NCBI GenBank assembly: GCA_001777665.1
Contig: MFEQ01000005.1
Location: 13,673 to 77,672 of the forward strand
DNA: 64,000 nucleotides
DNA from: Candidatus Doudnabacteria bacterium RIFCSPHIGHO2_02_FULL_42_25
GTDB lineage: Bacteria; Patescibacteriota; Doudnabacteria; UBA920; O2-02-FULL-48-8
Reading direction: 5' to 3'
The notes beneath the pieces were generated by a model. The model was not told where the DNA came from. It saw only the letters and a program-made list of their open reading frames with translations, and did no database searches. Made by a program: the position numbers and the translations under genes. This document shows positions 38,886-48,645 of this stretch, piece by piece (the first letter of the stretch is position 1; each line of letters begins with the position of its first letter).

Positions 38886-40208
38886 ATGACGCCAATGAAT
38901 ACATTCGACGGTTTGGGGATTGCACCGAAATTGCTGCAAATCCTGACAAGTCTCAAATTTACAACTCCGACACCAATTCAACTTCAATCGATTCCTGTCG
39001 CGATAGAAGGAAAGGATGTTATGGGTATCGCACAAACTGGTACTGGCAAAACCATGGCTTTTGGTATTCCCATGATTCAGCGGCTCGCCCAACTAAAAGG
39101 ACGAGGGCTTATCATTTTGCCGACACGAGAACTAGCACTCCAAGTCAATCAATCTCTGCAATTGATCGGGAAATCTCTTGGACTAAAAACAGCAGTCATG
39201 ATTGGTGGCGAACCAATTGGTCGCCAGATTCGGGCTTTGAAACAAAATCCTCATATTCTCATAGGCACACCGGGGCGAATCAACGACCATCTAGAACAAC
39301 GCACGCTAAATCTGTCGCTGGTGAAAATTTTAGTTTTGGATGAAGCGGACCGAATGCTGGACATGGGATTTGAACCTCAAATCAAAAAGATTTTGGCCCA
39401 GATACCACGCGAACGCCAAACCATGCTTTTTTCAGCCACCATGCCTGACCAGATTGTAAAAATTGCGACGACCTATATGGCTCAACCTCTAAGGATTGAA
39501 GTCGCACCGGCAGGCACCACTGCTCGCGATATTGCACAAGAAGTATTTTTCGTGAGGAAAGAAAAAAAACTGGATTTACTGGCCAAAGTTTTATCTGAAC
39601 ACAAAGGCGCGGTCTTGGTTTTTTCACGCACCAAATTTGGCGCCCGAAAAATCGCCACTTCAGTTCGCAACATGGGTCATGCTGCTTCTGAAATTCACTC
39701 CAATCGATCTCTCGGTCAGAGAAAAGAGGCTTTGGAGGGATTTAAAATCGGTAGATACCGAGTTCTTGTGGCAACTGATATCGCGGCTCGTGGAATTGAT
39801 GTTACAGGAATCGAACTTGTTCTAAATTATGATCTGCCAGAAAATCCAGAAGATTACGTTCATCGCATTGGCCGAACAGGTCGCGCAGGTTTATCCGGAA
39901 AAGCGATTTCGTTCGCCACACCAGATCAGAGATATGATGTCCGAAGTATTGAGCGACTGATCAAACTCACTTTGCCTGTCACTCATGCCCCAGAGCTCTC
40001 CACTACTCCATCCATCTCACCAGCGCCTGCGAGACATGGTTATGTAAGGCAAGTTCGGGGACAGCAACCGCATCGACGAGAAGATCGATCTCGCAGATCT
40101 CGCCCTAAATTTACAAGCCACCGAGGTAAGCCTACTGACCAAGGATTTGATGCCCATCACCGGAGATCTAACCGAATTAACTATCGCGACGATCGCGATT
40201 CTTTCTAA
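38886..40208 (+). CDS. DEAD-box ATP-dependent RNA helicase with an Arg/Ser-rich C-terminal tail
   Basis: Q-motif, AQTGTGKT, PTRELA, DEAD (VLDEADRML), SAT and HRIGRTGR. Confidence 0.9.
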   Translation: MTPMNTFDGLGIAPKLLQILTSLKFTTPTPIQLQSIPVAIEGKDVMGIAQTGTGKTMAFGIPMIQRLAQLKGRGLIILPTRELALQVNQSLQLIGKSLGLKTAVMIGGEPIGRQIRALKQNPHILIGTPGRINDHLEQRTLNLSLVKILVLDEADRMLDMGFEPQIKKILAQIPRERQTMLFSATMPDQIVKIATTYMAQPLRIEVAPAGTTARDIAQEVFFVRKEKKLDLLAKVLSEHKGAVLVFSRTKFGARKIATSVRNMGHAASEIHSNRSLGQRKEALEGFKIGRYRVLVATDIAARGIDVTGIELVLNYDLPENPEDYVHRIGRTGRAGLSGKAISFATPDQRYDVRSIERLIKLTLPVTHAPELSTTPSISPAPARHGYVRQVRGQQPHRREDRSRRSRPKFTSHRGKPTDQGFDAHHRRSNRINYRDDRDSF

Positions 40209-40365
40209 ATAAATATTCTTTTATTTTTTCCCAGAATGCAATTCTGACACCCAGTAACTCCAGCCCCACAAACGCCAGCCACGATCCTGGTGTGAAAGGC
40301 GTGATTAATGCCAAAAGGCCTAAGATGATTAACAATATTCCTAAAATAGTTTTAGTAAGTTTCAT
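40177..40365 (-). CDS. Small membrane protein (62 aa)
   Basis: ORF track. One or two TM segments. Confidence 0.3.
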   Translation of the reverse strand: MKLTKTILGILLIILGLLALITPFTPGSWLAFVGLELLGVRIAFWEKIKEYLFRKNRDRRDS

Positions 40366-40708
40366 TAAGGTATTGAATTTGGTCTAGAGATGTTCCAGCA
40401 CCAGACAACATGGTTTTAACCAAAAAGAATGAAATAATAAGGGAAAAAACGGTTAACAAAGTACAAAATAAAGCCGCCTGACTGCCATCATCTTTGTCTG
40501 ATAAATAAAATTTAATCGCATAAATAAAACCAAGTGGTGGAAGGGCTAAAGATACTAAATACGCTATTCGCTTTTCCTTTACAGGAATCAAATTCCTTTC
40601 ATGTTTTTGCAACGCATTGATCATCAAACCGGCTACATCAATTTTTTTATCTGATGCACCTAATTTTGCGTACTCTTCAATTTCTTTTTCTAATTTATCT
40701 TCAGACAT
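40352..40708 (-). CDS. Hypothetical membrane protein
   Basis: ORF track. Two C-terminal TM segments. Confidence 0.4.
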   Translation of the reverse strand: MSEDKLEKEIEEYAKLGASDKKIDVAGLMINALQKHERNLIPVKEKRIAYLVSLALPPLGFIYAIKFYLSDKDDGSQAALFCTLLTVFSLIISFFLVKTMLSGAGTSLDQIQYLNETY

Positions 40709-40713
40709 AAAAC

Positions 40714-41295
40714 TTAGTATAAAATTCTAAATAATTCTAAAAAGCCTTTCGAGTACAATGTATTGAAAATTATATTTCCCAAAAAAACTGCTCCTATTAG
40801 ATAGGTCATTCGGTATCTCAAAAATCCTAAAGGCACAACTATAATTTCATTTGGAAACGGGACGATAGAAGCGAATAAAAAAATGATTCCTAGTGGCAAA
40901 TACTGATGTTTGTCGCGGAGTTTATTTAGGCGCTGCATAACTTTTTGATTCAAAGCGTGAGAGAAAACTCCCCTGCCAGCGCGACCCAGAATATATGCCG
41001 CCACATCAGCAATCGTCATGCCTAGTGACAAGATAAGAATTGTCGTCCAAAAATTTAATCCTGATTCTATAAGAGCAGGGATAAACGAAACCGCAGGGAT
41101 AGGCACAACGAGGTTGAACCCACTGACTACTGCTGCTGCAAAAATTCCGAAATAACCGTAACGCGTAATTATTTCTTGAACGTATTGGTTATCCGAAGCT
41201 GCTACGCTAAGCCAAAAAGCAAATGCCAAAATCGCGACTAACAACGCTAGACTGACTAAAAATTTTATTTCAGGTGCTAAGTTTATCTTTCTCAT
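40714..41295 (-). CDS. DedA/TVP38 (VTT-domain) family membrane protein
   Basis: VTT-domain pattern (YGYFGIFAAAVVSGFNLVVPIP...). Confidence 0.55.
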   Translation of the reverse strand: MRKINLAPEIKFLVSLALLVAILAFAFWLSVAASDNQYVQEIITRYGYFGIFAAAVVSGFNLVVPIPAVSFIPALIESGLNFWTTILILSLGMTIADVAAYILGRAGRGVFSHALNQKVMQRLNKLRDKHQYLPLGIIFLFASIVPFPNEIIVVPLGFLRYRMTYLIGAVFLGNIIFNTLYSKGFLELFRILY

Positions 41296-41330
41296 GATTA
41301 AAGTATAGCAGAGTTAAAACCAGGTACTGA

Positions 41331-41361
41331 AAAAGAAAAAGCCTAGCACTGTGCGCTAGGC
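41331..41361 (-). terminator. Hairpin GCCTAGC-N7-GCTAGGC overlapping the stop of the 41356 gene, with a T-run on the minus strand
   Basis: 7-bp stem with an A-rich tract on the plus-strand side. Confidence 0.4.
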
Positions 41362-42270
41362 AAACGAGACGTGGCTGGCATATTCCTGCATGAACTGCGG
41401 GAACTCTGGCCAGCTTTTACTCACGACGTGTGGATACTGGACTTTCACATCCACATGGTGTACTGCACCCCACATTACTATCGCTTGTACGACCCGGTGA
41501 TCTTTGGAAGTAACCGTTAGCCCTGCCTTAGCCCACCCGAGAGCTTTCTCTACTTCCTCGAACCGGTTGCTTTCGTGTCCAGCCAAACTCGGCCAGCGAT
41601 ATTCTGCCTCCGATCTCGTGATGTAGTCGAAGACGCGAGCGAAACAATAATCTTCAGGCTGGAGAGGAGTGAAGTTTGGACGCTTTCCGATCAACAGTTC
41701 ACGGAACGCCGATGCCTGGGCTCTGATCGTTTCGTCATACCTGGGTTCCCAGCAGAGTTTTTTTCTTCTTCTAGCATACCAGTGGTCCACGCCCTCGTAC
41801 GTTAACTTGAGTTTAAAGGGCGCATCAACCAAACGTTCCTTGTCACCCAGGAGCACTGCAGCACTTGCCCATTGCGAAGTTGGCTCACCCGGAAAGTTCA
41901 GAAGTGCTGTTTGGCTCAAGTAGACGATCGCAGGGTCTCGGCTTAACTTTCGCTTCTTCAGAGTACCTGAAGCTTTGAGTCGGAGTTTCAGTCCAAGCAT
42001 CCAGATCGCAAACTGCAGAAAACGGTAGAGCGTTCCTGATTCCCCGACATTGATCGTCCTGGCCTTAGGCCAAACTATACCGAGCAAAAACCAACGAAAG
42101 CTAAACTTAGAGTATCTCAACCATACGACGCAGGCTCGTTTCAGAGCCACTAGGTCGTCAGACAAGATAAGCTGTGCTGCTAAAAACTCTAGTATGTCAG
42201 GATAGCCGTAAATCAGATCGAGGATACCCATACGGATGATCCACGATTTATCGAGCGGTATATATTTCAT
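41356..42270 (-). CDS. Hypothetical GC-rich protein with weak EPSP-synthase/MurA-fold-like motifs
   Basis: LDKSWIIRMGILDL and VGESGTLYRFL resemble the substrate-binding motifs of enolpyruvyl transferases, but the 304-aa length is short. About 50% GC. GGGAGGA RBS. Confidence 0.3.
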   Translation of the reverse strand: MKYIPLDKSWIIRMGILDLIYGYPDILEFLAAQLILSDDLVALKRACVVWLRYSKFSFRWFLLGIVWPKARTINVGESGTLYRFLQFAIWMLGLKLRLKASGTLKKRKLSRDPAIVYLSQTALLNFPGEPTSQWASAAVLLGDKERLVDAPFKLKLTYEGVDHWYARRRKKLCWEPRYDETIRAQASAFRELLIGKRPNFTPLQPEDYCFARVFDYITRSEAEYRWPSLAGHESNRFEEVEKALGWAKAGLTVTSKDHRVVQAIVMWGAVHHVDVKVQYPHVVSKSWPEFPQFMQEYASHVSFA

Positions 42271-42474
42271 CGTGAATCCTCCCTTCGAAATGTCTAATTA
42301 TATTATCGGAATTTTGAACTTTTGAAAAGTAAAAAAAACAGCACTAGGGCTGTTTTAAAAAAATCCGCAATTCCTTAATATATCTTAGTTAGTTCCGTCT
42401 AAATTAGTACTTCGGATGTAATTACACATTTTTTACGATTAAAATTTTATAGCAAATAACTCCTCGTATATCCA

Positions 42475-42804
42475 TTACTTTAATTTGATCATCACAGATT
42501 TATCCAAACCATATTTCTCTTTAACCCATTTATCTGCATCTTCTAAAACAAATTTGCCATAATCATTATCTGGGACAAGGGTTAAGTCTACTGACCATTT
42601 AAGTTTCTTATTTTTCTCTGGTGTCTTCATGAACAGAATAAAATCAACATCAGCGGGTCTGGATTTCTTAGTCGTAAAACTGCCTAACACATAAGCTTCA
42701 AAGATTGGTATTAGCTTACTTAATTGCTTAACAATTCTTTCAGCATTTCTCCACATCAGTTTACGATATTTTGAATCCAATAACTTTTTAGGGATTTTTT
42801 TCAT
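42475..42804 (-). CDS. Minimal nucleotidyltransferase (MNT / Pol-beta superfamily)
   Basis: GS...D.D signature (VLGSFTTKKSRPADVDFILF). Confidence 0.55.
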   Translation of the reverse strand: MKKIPKKLLDSKYRKLMWRNAERIVKQLSKLIPIFEAYVLGSFTTKKSRPADVDFILFMKTPEKNKKLKWSVDLTLVPDNDYGKFVLEDADKWVKEKYGLDKSVMIKLK

Positions 42805-42811
42805 GGATAAT

Positions 42812-43225
42812 TTAATGGATCATGGATAGATTACCATTTATAACCACTGGCTGCATTGCTAAAATTTCGGAAGTATAAGACAGCTCTGGCAATGGATTGA
42901 GGACATATAGTTTTTTACCCAAAACGTGACCAAATGCCATTTCTATCAAAGTATTACCGCCAACATATCCTTGTACTCCTCGCTTCTCTGGATTTACTAC
43001 CAGAACCACATCATAATTTTTCATCTTTTCAAAGTAGCCTCGGATTAAATCATGCTTGATCTTATCTTCAGCTTTTTCCTCAACACTAACTTCTGTCCGT
43101 CCTCTCAATTCTAAATTCTTCACACCTTCAGGAATTTCAACTTCGTATCTCATATCCTCAAGTTTTTTCTTTGCTGATAAAATTTCTTCCGCTGCACTTA
43201 TGGAACCACAAATGATTATTTTCAT
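42812..43225 (-). CDS. Nucleoside 2-deoxyribosyltransferase-like / SLOG-superfamily Rossmann protein
   Basis: MKIIICGSI...YDVVLVVNPEKRGVQGYVGGNTLIEMAFGHVLGKKLYVL matches the flavodoxin-like N-deoxyribosyltransferase/YtoQ pattern. Confidence 0.4.
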   Translation of the reverse strand: MKIIICGSISAAEEILSAKKKLEDMRYEVEIPEGVKNLELRGRTEVSVEEKAEDKIKHDLIRGYFEKMKNYDVVLVVNPEKRGVQGYVGGNTLIEMAFGHVLGKKLYVLNPLPELSYTSEILAMQPVVINGNLSMIH

Positions 43226-43227
43226 AT

Positions 43228-43854
43228 TTATAATTTAATTTCTTCACCCATACCAACTAATTGATAGCTATTATCCTTAATAAGAATTGCTTGTTGATCA
43301 GTTAAAACTTTCACCGGATATTTAGATTTAATTATATGCGGTTTTAATATTTCCGCATATTCTGGCTTATAATGCACCGACATCAGAAACGGCACTAGAG
43401 TCATTCCAGTAAAATCAGTAAGCCCAAATACTTCGGGCTGTTCTTTTTTCCAAAGAGACATTTCAATTGTAGGACAAGCAATATAACTGCCGGCACTGAC
43501 ACCAATATAAATTACACCCTGATCAAGCAATTCTTTGATTATTTTGTCAAAACCAGATGACCTAACATGTTTAAGCAGCCAAAAAGTATTTCCGCCTTGA
43601 ACATAGATTATATCCTTTTTAGTCAGCAATGATTTTAGTTCTTGTTCTGTTTTACCTTCCAAATCAATCTCTTTAACATCAAAGTCGACGTCCTGCATAG
43701 CTTTTATTTCTCGGTAATAATAATCCTTCTTTTTTTGTTTATTTACGGCAGTAATAATATGAGCTATTTTAATTTGATTCGCTGGCTTGGGAAGAATTTT
43801 AAGAATTTGATCCTTAACATTCATCCCAGCCGAGGTTAAAAGTAATGTTCTCAT
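43228..43854 (-). CDS. Peptidase S51 (dipeptidase E / cyanophycinase family)
   Basis: GGNT and the catalytic Ser (GVSAGS). Confidence 0.7.
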   Translation of the reverse strand: MRTLLLTSAGMNVKDQILKILPKPANQIKIAHIITAVNKQKKKDYYYREIKAMQDVDFDVKEIDLEGKTEQELKSLLTKKDIIYVQGGNTFWLLKHVRSSGFDKIIKELLDQGVIYIGVSAGSYIACPTIEMSLWKKEQPEVFGLTDFTGMTLVPFLMSVHYKPEYAEILKPHIIKSKYPVKVLTDQQAILIKDNSYQLVGMGEEIKL

Positions 43855-44021
43855 GGTTACTTATATAACAAAATTGCTTGAACGTGACCAGTTCTACAAA
43901 TATTAAAACCCTCGTTAAAAGCTTGAGGTATCGAGCGACCAACCCCTCAAAGAGGACTCTAATTTCGATACCTTTGACGCCGAATCCTTCGCTGTGGTTA
44001 GCTCTATACAAAATTCTTTTC

Positions 44022-44096
44022 TGGCTGGGGAGGAAGGATTCGAACCTTCGCGTGATGGATTCAGAGTCCATTGCCTTACCGCTTGGCTACTCCCCA
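44022..44096 (-). tRNA. tRNA-Gln (anticodon CUG)
   Basis: 75-nt cloverleaf with a 7-bp acceptor stem (TGGGGAG/CTCCCCA), T-arm GAAGG-TTCGAAT-CCTTC, anticodon stem ATGGA/TCCAT, loop CTCTGAA (U33, anticodon CTG, A37), discriminator G and an encoded CCA. Confidence 0.8.
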
Positions 44097-44186
44097 AAGC
44101 TATTTGATTTTAACGTTTTTACCAGTTTTATTCAACCGTTCAGAGCTAGACAACCTTTTAGAAATTTTACCTCTGTTTGTTTCCAT

Positions 44187-44204
44187 GTTTGCATACATGC
44201 AAAC
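44187..44204. promoter_or_regulatory. Near-palindrome GTTTGCATACATGCAAAC upstream of tRNA-Gln
   Basis: Dyad symmetry of 8+8 in the tRNA promoter region. Confidence 0.2.
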
Positions 44205-44252
44205 AAATGTGAGAAATAACGAAACAACCTTACTTGAAGTCTCTATATAAAG

Positions 44253-44954
44253 TTACTTGAATAGACTATGCTTTATTAAGGCCATTAGTGAATCTATCTG
44301 ACCTTTAAAGTTCATGTGCTTGCCTTGATGATGAGTGCGGGGTTTGTATGAAATCGGAACTTCAAAAATCTTATAACCGAGTTTAGACACTTTCGCAGTG
44401 ACTTCTGGCTCGAACCCAAATCGCTTCGATTCCAATGTTGGAAAAACCCGGTCTATAACTTCTCTATTGAAAGCTTTGTAGCAAGTCATAATATCGGTAA
44501 TTTTTTGCGACATTAAAATATTCCCAACGCCGGTAAATAATTTATTAAACTGAGTGTGAAGAAAACTTAATCCAGACGTTGGAGTAAGATAGCGAGATCC
44601 ATAAACCACTTGGGCGCTATTTTCAAAAAACGGTCTCAATACTTTTTCGATTTCGTGTGGATCGTACTCGAGGTCTGCATCTTGAATCACTGCGATATCA
44701 CCTGTAGCTGCTAGAAATCCAGCATGTAATGCCGCACCCTTACCTTTATTTTCTGACTGAAAAATAACTTTGATATTCGGTTCCTGAATTTTTCTCAAAA
44801 TTTCTCTGCTCCTATCAGTCGAAAAATCATCCACTAAAATTATTTCTCTTTCCAAATTTAAAACATTTGCTTTCTTGACCTGTTCTAAAACTGATTCAAG
44901 GGTTACTTCTTCATTGTATACTGGGATGACTATACTAACTTTTCGATATTCCAT
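44253..44954 (-). CDS. GT2 glycosyltransferase (Dpm1/polyprenol-phosphate sugar synthase-like)
   Basis: VSIVIPVYNE, DD and QDADLEYDP motifs. Confidence 0.8.
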   Translation of the reverse strand: MEYRKVSIVIPVYNEEVTLESVLEQVKKANVLNLEREIILVDDFSTDRSREILRKIQEPNIKVIFQSENKGKGAALHAGFLAATGDIAVIQDADLEYDPHEIEKVLRPFFENSAQVVYGSRYLTPTSGLSFLHTQFNKLFTGVGNILMSQKITDIMTCYKAFNREVIDRVFPTLESKRFGFEPEVTAKVSKLGYKIFEVPISYKPRTHHQGKHMNFKGQIDSLMALIKHSLFK

Positions 44955-45006
44955 GAGGATATTCTAACATACTGATAAAAAAAGAAGCCGACTTGCTCAA
45001 GGTCAG

Positions 45007-45522
45007 CTAAATCAAATTCCTGCCGTCAGGGTGAAGCGGTGTCTCGAAATCGTTCTTAGTGTCTTCTTCGTAAAGCTCTTTCAGCCGAGAACCCCATTCA
45101 GCGATTTCGTCCATTTCTTTTGGGTTATATAACGTATCCTTTCGGACGTATCGTTTCGTGAGGAGATTGCCGTCGTTAAACTCTCTAGTTACCTGGAAAG
45201 TTTCGTTCTCCCCTTCACCATACCAGCAGAATGCGACGAATCTGTACGTCTCCGATTCCCAACGATCACGAATGACCAGTAGTTCCGCGTCCGTGGGACA
45301 TCTCACATGTACCCTGAACGCCTGCTCCGCTACTTCCCAGTCTACTCCTGATCTTGACTCCACTTCTGGCCAACCAGCGAGCAGCATCACTGTGAACACG
45401 AGCGTCAGAGGCCCAAACGTCACCATGAATCCCTTCGATGGTGAAGATGGGAACGACAGCGGACGCATAAACATCGGCTTTCCTCCCTTTCCGAAAACGT
45501 ATTTATAATATATCCTATTCAA
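45007..45522 (-). CDS. Hypothetical secreted/membrane-anchored protein, GC-rich
   Basis: ORF track. Hydrophobic N-terminal segment. About 50% GC. Confidence 0.35.
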   Translation of the reverse strand: MNRIYYKYVFGKGGKPMFMRPLSFPSSPSKGFMVTFGPLTLVFTVMLLAGWPEVESRSGVDWEVAEQAFRVHVRCPTDAELLVIRDRWESETYRFVAFCWYGEGENETFQVTREFNDGNLLTKRYVRKDTLYNPKEMDEIAEWGSRLKELYEEDTKNDFETPLHPDGRNLI

Positions 45523-45539
45523 ACGAAGGAGACAAATAA

Positions 45540-45803
45540 ATGTTTGGACAACTAAAAGATTTATATAATTTACAAAAACAAGCGAAGGAATTACAAAAAC
45601 AACTTGAAAACGAGAAGGTTGCTGTATCTTCCTCAGATAATTCTGTGACTATTACTATAAATGGTAACCATGAATTGCTCGACATTCAAATCCACAATAC
45701 TGATTCAAAAGAAGCCCTGGCTCGTGCAATAAAAGAGGCTTATGCCGTAGCCGAAGCGCAACTAAAATCCATTCTCGCTGAAAAATTTAAGGGAATGATT
45801 TAA
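45540..45803 (+). CDS. ybaB: YbaB/EbfC nucleoid-associated protein
   Basis: MFGQLKDLYNLQKQAKELQKQLE. 87 aa. Confidence 0.65.
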   Translation: MFGQLKDLYNLQKQAKELQKQLENEKVAVSSSDNSVTITINGNHELLDIQIHNTDSKEALARAIKEAYAVAEAQLKSILAEKFKGMI

Positions 45804-45804
45804 T

Positions 45805-45954
45805 TCCCCCTCTTAGAATAAGAGATGCTCCCTCCCTCATCAGCCGCCGGGGGCTGGGTTAGGGGGAGTTAGATCCCAAGGATTAAACAGCAGCCTAACA
45901 CCTTATAAATAACCCCTCCTAACCTCCCCTTATATTAAGGGGAGGAACAACTGC
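45805..45954. repeat. GC-rich structured intergenic repeat, copy B
   Basis: Homologous to copy A. Core CTCCCTCATCAGCCGCCGGGGGCTGG. Hairpin CCTCCCC-N9-GGGGAGG at 45923-45945. The 3' end shares the 17-mer AGGGGAGGAACAACTGC with 50384-50400. Confidence 0.5.
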
Positions 45955-46033
45955 AACGGGTTGAAAACTCAAGTAAAATCAGCTATAATAACAATGGCTT
46001 AAATAGCCATTTTATTATTATTTTTGAACAATT

Positions 46034-48031
46034 ATGCTCGAAGAATCGAATATTATAGCGCTCTCAATAATCGCAGGCATTGCTGCGATCGGTTATGGTC
46101 TGATTCTTACAAACTATGTGCTAAGAAAATCTCCTGGTAATCACAAGATGCAAGAAATAGCCACGGCTATTCAGCAAGGTGCCCAGGCTTATTTAGCGCG
46201 CCAATACAAAACTGTTGGGATCGTAGCCGTGATATTAGTTATTATAATTTGGAAATTTTTGGGCATAAATACAGCCGTCGGATTTTTAGTCGGGGCCATT
46301 GCTTCTGCTGCGGCTGGCTACATCGGGATGTACGTGGCTGTCAGAGCCAACGTACGCACTGCTGAAGCTGCTAAGTCTGGTTTGAAGCCAGCATTTGATT
46401 TAGCTTTCAAAGGCGGAGCTGTAACAGGCCTGTTTGTTGTTGGATTAGGCCTTCTTGCAGTGACAATTTTCTATCAATTCACACATGACATCAAGGCTTT
46501 GATCGGGCTTGGATTTGGTGGGAGTTTAATCTCTGTATTTGCCAGACTCGGTGGTGGAATTTTTACCAAAGGTGCTGATGTTGGTGCAGACTTAGTCGGA
46601 AAAATCGAAGCTGGTATTCCTGAAGATGACCCACGCAACCCAGCAGTTATAGCTGACAATGTCGGTGACAACGTCGGAGATGATGCAGGTATGGCTGCAG
46701 ATTTATTTGAAACTTACGCAGTCACTACTATCGCCGCTATGCTTTTGGGTAGTATTTTATTCCCTGACAACTCAGCATATGTACTCTATCCATTGGTTCT
46801 AGGAGCCATTTCTATTTTTGCATCTATTATCGGTATGTTCTTTGTCCGACTCTCGGGCGAAGGGATTATGGCCGCACTTTACAAAGGACTGGTTGCTTCT
46901 GGTGTACTGGCTTTCTTGGGATTCTGGTGGGCCACAGGACGCACGTTCAAAGGCGAGGCTAGTTCTGACATGTTGATTTGTGCTTTCGTTGGACTCGCCG
47001 TAACTGGTGCGATTGTTCTTATCACTGAATACTACACATCGAAAAAATTCAATCCGGTTCAATCAATCGCAAAGGCTTCCACCACAGGTCATGGAACGAA
47101 CATTATTACTGGGCTCGCGGTCTCCATGCAATCAACAGCCCTGCCTGTGCTTTCAATTCTTGCAGGAATTTTAATTTCCTATGAATTTGGGGGGATCTAT
47201 GGATCTGCTATTGCAGTAGTTTCTATGTTGTCTATGGCTGGAATTATAGTGGCCATAGATGCATTCGGTCCTATCACAGACAACGCTGGAGGGATTGCCG
47301 AAATGTCAGGTCTTCCTGAAGATGTTCGTAAGTCCACTGACGCTCTGGACGCTGTCGGAAATACCACCAAAGCCGTCACCAAGGGCTACGCTATCGCTTC
47401 TGCCGGGCTTGCTGCTGTAGTGTTGTTTGCATCATACACTAAAGAGTTAGAAGCTTTGGGTCAACACGTTAAATTCGATTTATCTGATGTAACTGTTCTT
47501 GCAGGATTAGTTATCGGAGCTCTACTTCCTTACTTGTTTGCATCTATGGCTATGCAAGCTGTGGGCAAAGCTGGTCATGCTGTAGTCGAAGAAGTCCGTA
47601 GACAATTCCGAGAAATTCCAGGAATCATGGAAGGCACAGCCAAACCTAAATACGGCAAAGCTGTAGACATCGTAACCAAAGCCGCGATCAAGGAAATGGT
47701 AGTACCAGCTCTACTCCCTGTCGTTGTCCCAATCATAGTTGGATTCACTCCATTCCTTGGAGTTAAGGCTTTAGGCGGAGTTTTGGTTGGATCAATCATC
47801 ACAGGATTATTTGTCGCGATCTCTATGACCTCAGGTGGTGCTGCTTGGGATAATGCCAAAAAATTCATAGAAGAAGGCAACTACGGTGGGAAAAAATCAT
47901 TTGCTCACCAAGCTGCAGTTACTGGAGACACTGTCGGGGACCCATACAAAGACACCGCAGGACCAGCCATCAACCCGATGATTAAAATTATAAATATAGT
48001 AGCACTGTTGATCATTAGCTTTATCGTTTAG
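46034..48031 (+). CDS. hppA: Membrane-bound ion-translocating pyrophosphatase (H+/Na+-PPase)
   Basis: 16-TM protein with GGG...DNVGDNVGD and DxxGxxxKxxxK-type motifs. Confidence 0.9.
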   Translation: MLEESNIIALSIIAGIAAIGYGLILTNYVLRKSPGNHKMQEIATAIQQGAQAYLARQYKTVGIVAVILVIIIWKFLGINTAVGFLVGAIASAAAGYIGMYVAVRANVRTAEAAKSGLKPAFDLAFKGGAVTGLFVVGLGLLAVTIFYQFTHDIKALIGLGFGGSLISVFARLGGGIFTKGADVGADLVGKIEAGIPEDDPRNPAVIADNVGDNVGDDAGMAADLFETYAVTTIAAMLLGSILFPDNSAYVLYPLVLGAISIFASIIGMFFVRLSGEGIMAALYKGLVASGVLAFLGFWWATGRTFKGEASSDMLICAFVGLAVTGAIVLITEYYTSKKFNPVQSIAKASTTGHGTNIITGLAVSMQSTALPVLSILAGILISYEFGGIYGSAIAVVSMLSMAGIIVAIDAFGPITDNAGGIAEMSGLPEDVRKSTDALDAVGNTTKAVTKGYAIASAGLAAVVLFASYTKELEALGQHVKFDLSDVTVLAGLVIGALLPYLFASMAMQAVGKAGHAVVEEVRRQFREIPGIMEGTAKPKYGKAVDIVTKAAIKEMVVPALLPVVVPIIVGFTPFLGVKALGGVLVGSIITGLFVAISMTSGGAAWDNAKKFIEEGNYGGKKSFAHQAAVTGDTVGDPYKDTAGPAINPMIKIINIVALLIISFIV

Positions 48032-48063
48032 AAATAAATTAAAAACAATCTAAAAAATGACCA

Positions 48064-48092
48064 CCCCGGACTTGATCCGGGGTCTCTTTTTA
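48064..48092 (+). terminator. Rho-independent terminator after the pyrophosphatase gene (CCCCGGA-CTTGA-TCCGGGG + T-rich)
   Basis: Perfect 7-bp GC stem followed by TCTCTTTTT. Confidence 0.55.
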
Positions 48093-48102
48093 GGTATACT
48101 TA

Positions 48103-48429
48103 ATGCCAAGAATTCCAAGGGGGTTGTTGCAAATGACCGAGGCCTTGTTAATGATGCTTGAGGATCACGATCTCGTGCGAATACCGGGGGTGCAAGCGTT
48201 TCTAGAAATTGTCCCCAGTGGCGGCGCTCGTCTCCATTTGGTACGAGGCAAAGATACGTTGGTGGCAGATTTCAGGACCTCGCGCGTACTCGAGACCAGA
48301 TCTGGTAGACCCACTATCACGCTTCTACCTCATAAGGACGGTGCGGTATTTCAGATGAAATACGAAGGCGAAAGGATCCAAGCCGCCGTCGAGTCGACTG
48401 ATTGGAATCGATTAGTCAAAACATCGTAG
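48103..48429 (+). CDS. Hypothetical protein, GC-rich (about 55% GC)
   Basis: ORF track only. Confidence 0.35.
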   Translation: MPRIPRGLLQMTEALLMMLEDHDLVRIPGVQAFLEIVPSGGARLHLVRGKDTLVADFRTSRVLETRSGRPTITLLPHKDGAVFQMKYEGERIQAAVESTDWNRLVKTS

Positions 48430-48461
48430 GTACCGCCTGACTCTTCAGCGATGCCTCTTTT

Positions 48462-48645
48462 TTATTTCACAGTTTCTATAATTCCACCACCTAGCAATTC
48501 TTCGCCAGCGTAATTTTGCCAAAAAGAAAACCGCAGTTCTTGTAACCACGGCTTGTGTCCTCCTAACCCTTTACAGTGGTAAAAGAGGATTCTGTCGGAG
48601 GTGAACTCGGCGGAATGTCGATCTATGAGAGATATCTTCCTCGAT
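48462..48645 (-). pseudogene. Degraded duplicate of the mnmA 3' end (C-terminal about 55 codons)
   Basis: Minus-strand translation ..LFYHCKGLGGHKPWLQELRFSFWQNYAGEELLGGGIIETVK* against the intact MnmA C-terminus ..IRYHHPDYEARIKEH..AVVYSGEELLGGGIIDRIV*. About 70% nt identity over the last 60 nt. Confidence 0.5.

Noticed and set aside
38795-39343. 182-aa plus-strand ORF overlapping the DEAD-box helicase start in another frame
   Set aside because: Ser/Arg/Thr-rich low-complexity translation. The helicase frame carries every conserved motif.
43814-44219. Three small ORFs (43814..44071, 43878..44219, 43915..44097) overlapping the tRNA-Gln locus
   Set aside because: They overlap a well-formed tRNA and each other. 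The tRNA call explains the conservation.
46474-47880. Several 61-101-aa ORFs antisense within the pyrophosphatase gene
   Set aside because: Typical antisense artefacts of a Gly/Ala-rich membrane protein gene.
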